Origin: Armatimonadota bacterium
Lineage (GTDB): Bacteria > Armatimonadota > Zipacnadia > Zipacnadales > FEN-943
Direction of reading: 5' to 3'
DNA: 34,890 nucleotides
Assembly (NCBI GenBank): GCA_026419655.1
Contig: JANZZA010000274.1
Location: forward strand, 1 to 34,890
Shown here: positions 7,958 through 17,101 of the stretch, one piece after another
Layout: each line of letters starts with the position of its first letter
Position numbering within the stretch: position 1 is the first letter of the stretch
Position numbers and translations under genes: made by a program
Notes under the pieces: generated by a model
Databases searched by the model: none
What the model saw: only the letters and a program-made list of their open reading frames with translations
Told to the model about the DNA's origin: nothing

Positions 7958-10900
7958 CTACTCGCCAGCAGTGGGCTCAAAGGTCAGTGACGGCAGTTGG
8001 GCTTCGGCGGCTTCCCCCGCGGCCCGACGGTGCATGAACTCTCGCGCCTGATGCATGAAGGCTTCCATGCGGGTAGCTGCGGTGGCCTGCTCCAGGCCGT
8101 CGTAGACCATGTTGAGGAATGGAATGCCGCCGAAATCCTGCCGCACATATTTTAGAATGGCGTGTGAGATTGTGCCGGGCATGCAGGTGAAGGGCATGAC
8201 AGCGATGATGCCTGACAGGCCCTTGCGGGCGAAATCCACGGCTTTGCCGACGGTCATTATGGCCTCGCCTTCGAAGGTGTGGTGCACGTAGGGCGCAGCA
8301 TACCAGAGAACCATGTCTGTAGGCGGCTCGTGAGCGTTCCGCAAGAAGCCGTCGAAGACCTCCACCAAAGCATGTTCGTCGTGCTTCATGACCTTATCGG
8401 TGAGCTTGTTTTTGATGACCAGGCCCCACTGCCGGCGCTGCCGCGCCCTCATGTCGCGCCGGAAGTTGCGATACAGGAACCATTCATACACCGGCGCCAT
8501 CCACACTTCGCCGCCCAGTGCCTCGACCTGGCCAATAACGTTCTGGTTGGAGAAGCGATTGGCCCGCACGTAGAACTCGCCAACGAGGCCAATGATTGGC
8601 TTGGGCACAGAGCGGTCTACAGGCACAGCCTCGAAGCGGCGTCGGGCGCTCTCGAGGGCGGCGGCGATGTCGTCGAGTTTTCCGCCCTGCCGTATGGCTT
8701 CGCAAACTTCGTCGAGGGACTCCCAATAGGCCTGATTTGCCATTCCGGGAACTGTTTCGTATGGGCGCGTTTCCAGAAGAGCTTTCTCCACAAGGTCAGC
8801 CGCCACCACGCCGCGCCAGCCCAGATGGATAAACTTGCGGCCCACAATGCCCAGGTCGTTATAAAAGCTGGCCGCCTGATTGGGTGCGTAGATGGGCACG
8901 TCCTCGTAGCCAAGCTCATCGAGCACCAGTCGCTGGAGGGCATTGTATTGGCCGAAGCGGCACGGCCCACCAGAGCCGCCCATGAAGAAGGCGTACCGGT
9001 CGCGGTCGAAGTCGGGCTGCTTGACGCGCTTGACCATGTCGCCGGTAGTGACGATGGCCGGGAAACATTCCTTGCCCGTGGTATAGCGGCGGCCCCAGTA
9101 GAGGGTCTCCTCGTCTGGTTCTGGCAGCACCTCGGCGTTCATGCCGCACGCCTGGAAAGCAGCCGCCAGAGCATAGGCGTGGCCGCTCATATTCGGGATT
9201 AATACCGTCCGCTGCATACCGCGCTCGATGGTGAGGCGCCGAAACACCTTCTGGCCTCCGAACTTGCGCCCGTGGACTTGTTCAATCGAATCCAAGAAGG
9301 CCTCGCAGCGGGTGATCATGCCGGCGTCGGCCGAGTGCTCATCAATCTCGATTATAAGCGTTGGCTTTTCGCCGAGGCGCTCCTGGAAGAATCTTTGCAG
9401 GAAGCTATCGGGGCCGCACCCGAAGTTTGTCAGATAGAGGGGGTACAGGCGGGGGTCGTCGGCCACAATCTCAGCCGCCGCCAGTATCCTCTGACCATAC
9501 CGCCAGTACATATTGAACCAGTCCCCACGCAAGCGCACCTTCGCGAGCGGCAGGCAGTCCAGAGGAATGGCCAGCACACCCATATCGCGCAGCTTCTGAG
9601 GGATTTCCAGGTTGGCGCCGGGGTCGCACGCATTATAAGCACGGCCCACGATGACGATGGCAAACTTGTCCTCAGGGAGGCTTTCGAGGATTTCCTGGCC
9701 CCGCCGCCGCATGGTTTGCTCAAATTCCCGCTGCGCCTGCAGGGCTTTATCCACTGCTGCCCGGAGCTGGCGCATCGAGGCGCCAAGCGCCTGGGCTGTA
9801 TCTGAAAGCGCTTCTACTAGATGGTCTGGCCCGTAGTCGAAGTAAAGCACAGGCGTCAGCACTTGCACGCCGCGCTCCGTGAAGCCTACTGCAGACCGCA
9901 GCCAGTACGGTGAGCTTTGCACATAGGGACAAACAAAGCTGTCAGTCATTCCGGGGTCGGCTTTCGGCAAATTTACTACGCTGGGCAGGAACAGGTAATC
10001 AATCTCCTGGTCTAGCAGCCACAGTACATGGCCGAGGAAAACTTTGCACGGGAAACACCATTCCGCAGTGGACTGCTCGACGCCGTCGTGGATGATGGCT
10101 TTGTTGGTCGGCGGCGAGAGCACCACGCGGCAGCCCAGCTCGTTGAAGAAGGTGTGCCAGAAGGGATAGAGGTCGAAGAACAGGTGCCCGCGGGGCAGGC
10201 CTATGCGCGGAGCATCGTCGGGCAGGTCCTGCTGAGCAGTGTAGGACTTCAGCAGCGCGCGCTCGCGCTCCCGGAACAGGTCCGGAAGGTCGGGGCGCTT
10301 GCGGGCTGTGCGCTCGACATCGTACTTTTCACAGCGGCTTCCGTAATGTAAGGGCTTCTCGCCCTCGATCTTCACGACCTTGATTTCGCAGCGGTTGGCA
10401 CAGTCCTGGCACTCGAAGGTTTCAATAGCATAGGGGCGGCGAGACAGGTCAAAGCCCTTGAACTTTGACGGCTGGCCGTGGTCGTTTTCGAGGGCAATGA
10501 CGGCGCAGCCGATGGCACCGGTAACCTCATTGTGGGCTGGCACGGTGATGGGCTTGCCGGTTACCTGCTCGAAGGCCGCCACGACGGCCCGGTTGAGGGC
10601 CGTCCCGCCCTGGAAGAAGATATGCTCCCCGACGCGCTTGCGGCCCACGACGCGGTTGAGATAGTTGTAGACAATGGAGTACGCTAGGCCGGCCACCAGG
10701 TCTTCCACAGGCGCCCCGGCTTGCTGCTGGCGTGTCAGCTCTGTCTCCATGAAGACCGTGCACCGCTCGCCCAGGTCCGCGGGAGTCTTTGAACGGAAGG
10801 CCAGTTCGGCAAACTCGCCCTTTATTGAGATGCCCAGCCGCTCGGCCTGCTCTTCTAAGAAGGACCCCGTGCCGGCGGCGCAGACCTTGTTCATCTCAAA

Positions 10901-12217
10901 GTCCACCACATGACCGTGGTCGAGGGAAATGAATTTACTGTCCTGGCCGCCAATCTCGAAGATGGTGTCTACTTGCGGGGAGACTTCCAGGGCCCCGCGA
11001 GCTTGGGCCGTAATCTCGTTCTTGACCACGTCGGCGCCGACGAAATCCGCGATCAGGTACCGCCCGGAGCCTGTTGTGCAGACGCCACGAATCTCCACCA
11101 GGTCGCCTATTTCGGCTCCAATTTCTTCCAGGCCTTGCCTGACGGCCTCAATCGGCTGGCCGGCGGTCATCAAGTAACGCTTGGCGAGAACACGCCGGTG
11201 TTGGTCAATGACTACCAGGTTGGTGCTTATGGAGCCTACGTCAATGCCCAGATACGCCGGCACGCGCTCACCTGGCGGCGGAGATGGGCGATGGACCTGG
11301 CCCTCCATGATGACCGACCGGCGTAGCTCAAGGGGCGGGAGATTCTTAGCCGGCCGTTGGGCGACGTACTGTCTCAGTTCTTCGAGTCTGCTCCAATCGG
11401 GTGCCGAAAGACTCCCGGCAGCACGGGCGTGCAGCACCGCTCCAATAGCGCCCATCGAGGCGAAGTGACGCGGGATGATAAAGTTATCCTCGTCCAGTTC
11501 AAGCACGTCGCGCAGGGCCTTGACTATCCCTGGATTGGCCGCGACGCCGCCTTGGAAGGATACGGGCGGCTCCAGGGGTGCGGATGACCCGACGGTGCTT
11601 TTGAAGTTTCGCGCCAGCGCATAGCACAGGCCCGCCACGATGTCGTGAGTGGGGGTGGCTTCCTGCTGCAGGTGTATCATGTCGCTCTTGGCAAAGACTG
11701 AGCAGCGGCCTGCCACCCGCGGCGGATGCTCGCTTTTCAGGGCGAGCTGGCCGAACTCCTCGATGGTCAGGCCCAGCCGGGAGGCCTGCTGGTCAAGGAA
11801 GGACCCGGTCCCGGCGGCGCACATGGCGTTCATGGCGAAGTCACCGATTTCAACGCCGCCGTCCGTCTCTCTGTGCAGAAAGATGAGCTTGGAATCCTCT
11901 CCGCCTATTTCTATTATTGTGCGGACCTCAGGGTAGAGGGAGCCGGTGGCGGTCGTCTGTGCCACCACTTCATTTACGAAGGCGCCGCCGAGGATGCTGG
12001 CGACGACTTTTCCGCCGGCGCCGGTGGCGGCCAGGCCCGTGATGGCCTCCTCGCCGTAGCGCTCCAGAAGGCTGCGAAGAGCCTCGGCGGCCACGCGCAT
12101 GGGCTGGCCGTGGTGGCGCAGGTAGTGCTCTTCAACCACCCGGCCTTCTTCGTCTATAAGCACGACGTTGACGCTCACCGATCCAACGTCAACGCCCGCA
12201 TGATACTCTCGCGACAT
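7958..12217 (-). CDS. Fused 2x CoA-activase (BcrAD/BadFG ASKHA ATPase) plus DUF2229/2-hydroxyacyl-CoA-dehydratase-like Fe-S reductase; PlsA/Ger ether-lipid-synthase-like
   Basis: Two copies of GxDVGS, IGGxDSK, MNxxCAAGTGSFL and RCxVF; CxxCxNxC linker; CFPCK, CPYVQ, NFGCGPDSF, IDEHSADAG, GPCRFGQY and PFTCMP reductase motifs; 1419 aa. Confidence 0.92.
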   Translation of the reverse strand: MSREYHAGVDVGSVSVNVVLIDEEGRVVEEHYLRHHGQPMRVAAEALRSLLERYGEEAITGLAATGAGGKVVASILGGAFVNEVVAQTTATGSLYPEVRTIIEIGGEDSKLIFLHRETDGGVEIGDFAMNAMCAAGTGSFLDQQASRLGLTIEEFGQLALKSEHPPRVAGRCSVFAKSDMIHLQQEATPTHDIVAGLCYALARNFKSTVGSSAPLEPPVSFQGGVAANPGIVKALRDVLELDEDNFIIPRHFASMGAIGAVLHARAAGSLSAPDWSRLEELRQYVAQRPAKNLPPLELRRSVIMEGQVHRPSPPPGERVPAYLGIDVGSISTNLVVIDQHRRVLAKRYLMTAGQPIEAVRQGLEEIGAEIGDLVEIRGVCTTGSGRYLIADFVGADVVKNEITAQARGALEVSPQVDTIFEIGGQDSKFISLDHGHVVDFEMNKVCAAGTGSFLEEQAERLGISIKGEFAELAFRSKTPADLGERCTVFMETELTRQQQAGAPVEDLVAGLAYSIVYNYLNRVVGRKRVGEHIFFQGGTALNRAVVAAFEQVTGKPITVPAHNEVTGAIGCAVIALENDHGQPSKFKGFDLSRRPYAIETFECQDCANRCEIKVVKIEGEKPLHYGSRCEKYDVERTARKRPDLPDLFRERERALLKSYTAQQDLPDDAPRIGLPRGHLFFDLYPFWHTFFNELGCRVVLSPPTNKAIIHDGVEQSTAEWCFPCKVFLGHVLWLLDQEIDYLFLPSVVNLPKADPGMTDSFVCPYVQSSPYWLRSAVGFTERGVQVLTPVLYFDYGPDHLVEALSDTAQALGASMRQLRAAVDKALQAQREFEQTMRRRGQEILESLPEDKFAIVIVGRAYNACDPGANLEIPQKLRDMGVLAIPLDCLPLAKVRLRGDWFNMYWRYGQRILAAAEIVADDPRLYPLYLTNFGCGPDSFLQRFFQERLGEKPTLIIEIDEHSADAGMITRCEAFLDSIEQVHGRKFGGQKVFRRLTIERGMQRTVLIPNMSGHAYALAAAFQACGMNAEVLPEPDEETLYWGRRYTTGKECFPAIVTTGDMVKRVKQPDFDRDRYAFFMGGSGGPCRFGQYNALQRLVLDELGYEDVPIYAPNQAASFYNDLGIVGRKFIHLGWRGVVAADLVEKALLETRPYETVPGMANQAYWESLDEVCEAIRQGGKLDDIAAALESARRRFEAVPVDRSVPKPIIGLVGEFYVRANRFSNQNVIGQVEALGGEVWMAPVYEWFLYRNFRRDMRARQRRQWGLVIKNKLTDKVMKHDEHALVEVFDGFLRNAHEPPTDMVLWYAAPYVHHTFEGEAIMTVGKAVDFARKGLSGIIAVMPFTCMPGTISHAILKYVRQDFGGIPFLNMVYDGLEQATAATRMEAFMHQAREFMHRRAAGEAAEAQLPSLTFEPTAGE

Positions 12218-12255
12218 ACTGACTCCGCCCTTCCGGGGGCAAAATATGCACAGGG

Positions 12256-12284
12256 ATTATATTGTCCGTGCCTATTTTCGGCAA
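12256..12284 (-). promoter_or_regulatory. Sigma70 promoter of the activase-MBL operon, overlapped by an inverted repeat (12241-12278)
   Basis: Minus strand TTGCCG(12284-12279)-N17-TATAAT(12261-12256), about 40 nt upstream of ATG 12217. Confidence 0.7.
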
Positions 12285-12507
12285 ACGGCGGGCTGACTGG
12301 CACTGGGCACCGCCCCGTTAGCGCGTCTAGGTAACGCGACCGGCCAGAAGCACGGCTGGGGCCGGCGGCCTGAAAAGGGGCAGCAAGACAGTACGGCTGG
12401 AGGCGGTCTTCAAGGTGTTTCCCCACGAAGAGGTGTTTAGCAGCCCCTTGCCTGCAAACGGTCCGCCTGCGTGGTTTCCCTCTCTAAAGGTTTCAGCTTG
12501 GCGCAGG

Positions 12508-12535
12508 GGAAACAAACAACTGCCGCTTATGTATC
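12508..12535 (+). promoter_or_regulatory. Possible ECF-sigma promoter for the secreted glycoside hydrolase
   Basis: GGAAAC-N16-TGTATC directly before AGGAGG (12541-12546); resembles the ECF AAC/CGT consensus imperfectly. Confidence 0.3.
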
Positions 12536-12550
12536 TTTCCAGGAGGTGTG

Positions 12551-15500
12551 ATGAAGTTGGCGCTGAGGGTCGTGTCTGTTGTTTTCCTATCTTGCGTGAC
12601 CGCTGCCCACGGGCAGAACTCTCAAGGGGTTGAGATAGGCGGCGTGGTATACGAATACGTGGACCCTGGGGAGCCTTTCACTGAGGCGCCACGGCCCGCC
12701 CAGCCGTGGGCGTCGCCGGTGCCAAACCAAGCCGAAAACGAGGCCGGAATGATCCCCTTCGTCACGCCCGACCCTGGTGATTACAGGCCCTATCGCCGCC
12801 CCAAACCTGAGGAGCGTGTGGAAAGCCTCAGTGCCTTCCTCACGCCGGGCGAAGACGAACCACTATGGGTCGGTGTATGGGCGCTGGCTGACCTGGAAGG
12901 CCTGCGCGCAGAAGTGAGCCTGCCCAATGCGCCCCTTTCCGTAGACATTCGTCATCTTCACTGCTGGCCCCAGCGCACCGGCTGGCGCAGCCGCCAGTTC
13001 TATATCACTCCCGAGCTAATCCTGCCTTGCTCGGACGGTCGCAAGGTAGTCCCCGGGCGTCGCGGCGTGCTTGAGGAACGTCCCTTTGACGTGAAGGCCG
13101 GCGAGACGGCGGCCTTCTGGTTCACCCTCACCGCCCGCGACGACGCGCGACCGGGCGCATATAAGGGCACGGTGACCATTGCTACTGCTGGACGCCGGCA
13201 GTTGACTTTACCTCTCACGGTAGAGGTGCTTCCCTTTCGTCTGCAGCGTCCAGCCGACCGCTACTGGCTGCTCTACGCTGACGTGGCCCGCTGGCAACTG
13301 GGCAACCTTACCGATGAGCAAATTCTGTCAGAGTTGCGTGACTTCGCCCGCCATGGCATGACTGGCCTGGTTGAGGTGCCCCTCGGCAAGCCTGATTTGT
13401 CCGGCCTGAAGGAAGGCCGCGTGCAGTTTGACGCAGCTCCCTACAGGCGCCTGGCTGAGCTTTGCCAGCGCGCTGGCCTGCCCGGCCCGCACGTCTGCTC
13501 TTACGGCATCGCCTATCAGGTCATGGAGGCTCTTGGCATCCAGGCCGACCTGATGAAGGACCAGTGGCCGGAAGAAGTCAAAAAGGGTGTCTCAGCCGTT
13601 GCCAGGGCCGCCGTCGAGGCCACTGCCGGCCTGCCGCGCTGGTATTTTTACGGCTGGGACGAGCCAAGCGGTGACAATACTTATGCCGTTCAGGACTACC
13701 AGGCCTGGCATGACGGCGGCGCCCTCACCTATGCTACCTTCTACATGCTAGGTTTTCTGGAAAAGGCCAAGGACTACCTAACAGCACCGTGTTTCGGAGT
13801 TGGCCTGGTCAGCGGCGAAGATTCAGCCCGTGCAGCCCGCGAAGCTTGCGAAAAGACCGGTGCCGAGTTTTGGTGGTACGGCACCGGCTCCTACGTCAAT
13901 CCTTATCCGCAGGAAAGCGGCCTTTTCTACAACCGCTACGGAGCCGGCTTTCTCTTTTGGAAAACCGGGGCCAAAGCCCAGGTCTCCTGGACCTTCTGTC
14001 GGCCGCACGAAGACGTCTTCAATGACTTCGACGGCTCCCCGCACAACGCCGCAGAGCCAAAAGAACAGGTTACGGCCTATCCGCATCTCCTCCGGCCCGA
14101 CGACTGGAGCACGTATCAGGGCGCTATTCCGACGATTGCCTGGGAAGCTTTGCGCGAAGGCTGGGACGACTACCGTTATCTATACACTCTGACGCAGGTC
14201 ATAGCCCAGGCGCGGGCCAGTCGGGATAGGGCAGCCCGGCGTGCTGCTCGCCAGGCCCAGGAGCGCCTCGATGCCCTGGTAGAAGCAATCCCCTGGGCCA
14301 ATCCAATGCTGCCGGCGGCCTTTCCAACCGACGTGATGCAGAAAGCGCGGCGTGCCGTAGCCGACGAGATACTTGCCCTGCAGGATCTGCTATCCGGCCG
14401 GCGCGAGCGCACCACAGCAGCGCCAGAGGCGCGCGTAAGACTGACCGTGCGCACTCTGGCGGCAGGTGATGCCGTCCCTTTATCCCTGCCGGCGGCGGTG
14501 GTAGCGACCGCCTCGGGGCCACCCCGAGTGGACGGCGTTCTGGATGACGCCTGCTGGGAGCAAGCTCAGGCAGTCTCGGACTTTGTGGACCACGCCACCG
14601 GCAAGCCAGCCCCCATCGAAACGCTCGCACGAATCTGCCAGGACGATGATGCTTTGTACGTGGCCTTCGACTGCGCCGAGCCGCGCATGGACGCCCTTGT
14701 TGCCAGGCGCGGCGGCCGGGACGCCGACGGCGTCTGGCTGGAGGACAGCGTCGAATTTTTTCTTGCAGGCCCGACCCGGCGGCCCTATGCCCACGTGATA
14801 GTGAACGTTGAGGGTACCCTCTACGATGAAGTCGGCCAGGACTCATCCTGGAACGCGGACATCAAAGCAGCCGTCGGCCGGCGGCGGGATGGCTGGAGCG
14901 TGGAGATAGCTTTGCCCTGGAAGGACCTGGAAGCCGCGGGCATTAAACGGGCGCCTCTCATGACGGGGAATTTTTGCCGCAACCGCTTCGCTGGCCGGGA
15001 GACCAATGTAAACCCGCATAGCGCATGGTCTTTCCCCAACGGGTACTTCCATACTCGTGAGCGCTTTGGAATTCTCCAGCTTGCGCCCGGGCCGGTGGTA
15101 CTCTCGCGGGTGATGGTGCCGGGCTACTGGGGGCCGCAGGAGATGCAGGTGGTACTCAGCAATACCGACACTGCTGAGCGTCTGGCCTGGGTTCTCTTTG
15201 ACGGCCGGCGCCAGGCCAAAGCCCTCCCCCCACGAGCGGCAGGTGCCTTTTTCTTTCCGGTGAACCTGTCGCAGCCCGGACCAAAAACACTAACGTTCAC
15301 TTATGGCGCCGAGAGTCAGGCCCATCAGCGTGCGGAAGTCGTTGTCCCGGTTCCCCATCCTCTCTCTGTCGCCCAGTGGCCCTCCCTGGTCGAGGACGGC
15401 CACGAGGCGCTGGTGGTCGTGACGGTCGGTACCTCTCCGCAAGACCCCAGCTCATTCCGATTGCGGGTAACCGTCTCCGACCCGGCAGACCGTCACCAGT

Positions 15501-15649
15501 TGGAAATGGCGGCAAAGCCGGGCCGCCTGCGGCGAGTGGCCTTGTCTCTCCGCGGTCTCGCCACCATCCGCGCAGAGCTTCTTGATGCAGACGGAAAGGC
15601 CGTGGCGCTGCCCATCGAGCGCCGTGCGGTGGTACTGGGCGGGCTTTGA
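12551..15649 (+). CDS. Secreted GH123/DUF4091-like glycoside hydrolase with CBM9-like sugar-binding domain
   Basis: Signal peptide MKLALRVV..AAHG; WDEP catalytic-type pair; WEALREGWDDYRYL (DUF4091-like); PRVDGVLDD..W, YVAFDC, DSVEFFL and WSVEIALPW CBM9-like motifs; AGGAGG RBS. Confidence 0.8.
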   Translation: MKLALRVVSVVFLSCVTAAHGQNSQGVEIGGVVYEYVDPGEPFTEAPRPAQPWASPVPNQAENEAGMIPFVTPDPGDYRPYRRPKPEERVESLSAFLTPGEDEPLWVGVWALADLEGLRAEVSLPNAPLSVDIRHLHCWPQRTGWRSRQFYITPELILPCSDGRKVVPGRRGVLEERPFDVKAGETAAFWFTLTARDDARPGAYKGTVTIATAGRRQLTLPLTVEVLPFRLQRPADRYWLLYADVARWQLGNLTDEQILSELRDFARHGMTGLVEVPLGKPDLSGLKEGRVQFDAAPYRRLAELCQRAGLPGPHVCSYGIAYQVMEALGIQADLMKDQWPEEVKKGVSAVARAAVEATAGLPRWYFYGWDEPSGDNTYAVQDYQAWHDGGALTYATFYMLGFLEKAKDYLTAPCFGVGLVSGEDSARAAREACEKTGAEFWWYGTGSYVNPYPQESGLFYNRYGAGFLFWKTGAKAQVSWTFCRPHEDVFNDFDGSPHNAAEPKEQVTAYPHLLRPDDWSTYQGAIPTIAWEALREGWDDYRYLYTLTQVIAQARASRDRAARRAARQAQERLDALVEAIPWANPMLPAAFPTDVMQKARRAVADEILALQDLLSGRRERTTAAPEARVRLTVRTLAAGDAVPLSLPAAVVATASGPPRVDGVLDDACWEQAQAVSDFVDHATGKPAPIETLARICQDDDALYVAFDCAEPRMDALVARRGGRDADGVWLEDSVEFFLAGPTRRPYAHVIVNVEGTLYDEVGQDSSWNADIKAAVGRRRDGWSVEIALPWKDLEAAGIKRAPLMTGNFCRNRFAGRETNVNPHSAWSFPNGYFHTRERFGILQLAPGPVVLSRVMVPGYWGPQEMQVVLSNTDTAERLAWVLFDGRRQAKALPPRAAGAFFFPVNLSQPGPKTLTFTYGAESQAHQRAEVVVPVPHPLSVAQWPSLVEDGHEALVVVTVGTSPQDPSSFRLRVTVSDPADRHQLEMAAKPGRLRRVALSLRGLATIRAELLDADGKAVALPIERRAVVLGGL

Positions 15650-15715
15650 CAGCTATTTCCAGGCTTGGCGCTCAGCCGGCCACCCGGCGAAAGGGCGTGT
15701 GGGGTGGAAACAACG

Positions 15716-15775
15716 TAGAAAGTTTGGGAGGGGGGCTGGGGGGGGCAACCCTTTTCAAAGGGTTCCCCCAGAAAA
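15716..15775 (+). repeat. Intergenic palindromic repeat (REP/MITE-like), best-preserved copy; may act as a bidirectional terminator
   Basis: TAGAAAGTTTGGGAGGGGGGCTGGGGGGGGCAACCCTT-TTCA-AAGGGTTCCCCCAGAAAA between convergent genes; hairpin 15741-15769. Confidence 0.7.
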
Positions 15776-15837
15776 GAAGGCGCCTCTAAAGTCGGGTAGG
15801 TCTGCTCCCCAATCTTCGGCGTGGCCATCGCGGCATA

Positions 15838-16917
15838 TCAGCCGCCCGAAAAATTCAGGCCTTCATCCAGCATAGCTAGGAAGTTTTCCACCGGGACGTA
15901 GTTGGTGACGGAGTTTCCGGATCCCAGTAGATAGCCGCCTGCCGGTGCACACTCGTCCAATATGCCGCGCACGTACTCACGCAGGCGGTCCTCGGGCCAC
16001 CGCGCAAGCTTATCCACGTCCACGCCGCCGCAGATGGCTATCCTGTCGCCCCACCGCCGTTTGGCCTCGGTCACGGGCATTATCGCGTCCTCGAAGGAAT
16101 GCTTGGCGTCTATGGCGCAGTAGTCTATTAGCTCGTCCATTATCTCGGTCAGGTTTCCGCAGGAATGGAGAATATAGGGTTTGCCGTAGCGGTGGGCGGC
16201 GTCAGCCATGCGCTTGTGCCACGGCATGACGTGCTTCCGGATTATCCCCGGTGCGACCAGGGTTCCGTGTCGGTGGCCCATGTCATCGCCGATAATTATC
16301 GCGCCCACATATTCGAAACTCGCCATGGCTTCCACGGCGGCCAGCAAGATTTGTCCTATCCGCCGAATCAGCTCTGCCACGAGGTCTGGAGCGTCATAAA
16401 GCGCATAGGAAAAAGGCACGTAGCCCATCAGCCACATGGACCATTCCAGCACGCCGCCGTGGGTGGAGGCGCTGATTTTCATGCCGTCGGGGAGGTGATG
16501 CGCGGCGGCTTCCAGGGCGCGGAAATCAATCTGTTCAGGCTGCGGCCAGGGGTAGCGCTCCAGGTCTTCCCACGTACTTATTAGGCCCTCGGTTTCGGGC
16601 TGCCAGGAGCGCTGGCCGCGGCTGTAAACGGCCGTATCGTTGGCCGGGACGAAACGGCGGGCCAGGGGAATGTCGCAGCCCACCCGCACGTCGTCATAGC
16701 CCAGCGCCGCCAGGCATCGCACCCAGTTTCCCCAGTAAGCATCCAGGACATCATCTTCTGGCGTCCCCTGTGGCACCAGAGGCTCTTCAAGCACCGCTTC
16801 TACAATCTCGGGGTCGTGCTTTAGCTCGCAGAAGGGCACCTGGGCAGGCTTGCCGCGCCGCAGGGCCGTCAGGTAGCGGTCGAAGTCTGGTTCCCGGCGT
16901 ATCTTTAATGCTTTCAT
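15838..16917 (-). CDS. Uroporphyrinogen decarboxylase-family protein (UROD/MtaA-CmuA-like, probably not a true HemE)
   Basis: GDDMG, ILHSCGN, AKHSFED, CGGVDVD and GGYLLGSGNSV motifs; ATG 16917. Confidence 0.88.
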   Translation of the reverse strand: MKALKIRREPDFDRYLTALRRGKPAQVPFCELKHDPEIVEAVLEEPLVPQGTPEDDVLDAYWGNWVRCLAALGYDDVRVGCDIPLARRFVPANDTAVYSRGQRSWQPETEGLISTWEDLERYPWPQPEQIDFRALEAAAHHLPDGMKISASTHGGVLEWSMWLMGYVPFSYALYDAPDLVAELIRRIGQILLAAVEAMASFEYVGAIIIGDDMGHRHGTLVAPGIIRKHVMPWHKRMADAAHRYGKPYILHSCGNLTEIMDELIDYCAIDAKHSFEDAIMPVTEAKRRWGDRIAICGGVDVDKLARWPEDRLREYVRGILDECAPAGGYLLGSGNSVTNYVPVENFLAMLDEGLNFSGG

Positions 16918-17012
16918 GCCGCTCACGACCGTGCCAGCAAAACTGCTTTTTGGATCACTGGCTGTAGAGTTACCTTCGCCCGGACCGTCATGCAAAACGG
17001 CCGGTCACGTCT

Positions 17013-17069
17013 TTTTCTGCGGGAAAGTCTTTGACAAGACCCCCAGAGCCCCGTTACCAAAACTTTCTA
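17013..17069 (-). repeat. Second, inverted and diverged copy of the 15716 repeat
   Basis: TTTTCTG.GGGAA..GTCTT-TGAC-AAGAC..AGCCCC..AAACTTTCTA aligns with the reverse complement of 15716-15775. Confidence 0.6.
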
Positions 17070-17101
17070 GACTGTCGCGAGTTCGCCGCCCCGCCTGTGC
17101 G

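Noticed and set aside
10277-10290. CAGGTCCGGAAGG resembling the SRP RNA domain IV loop
   Set aside because: Lies antisense within the activase CDS and lacks the following AGCAG and the long flanking helix.
15838-16917. Calling this gene hemE and linking it to iron/heme via feoB
   Set aside because: Lacks the HemE N-terminal W-MRQAGR motif; it fits the expanded UROD-like/methyltransferase group of unknown function.
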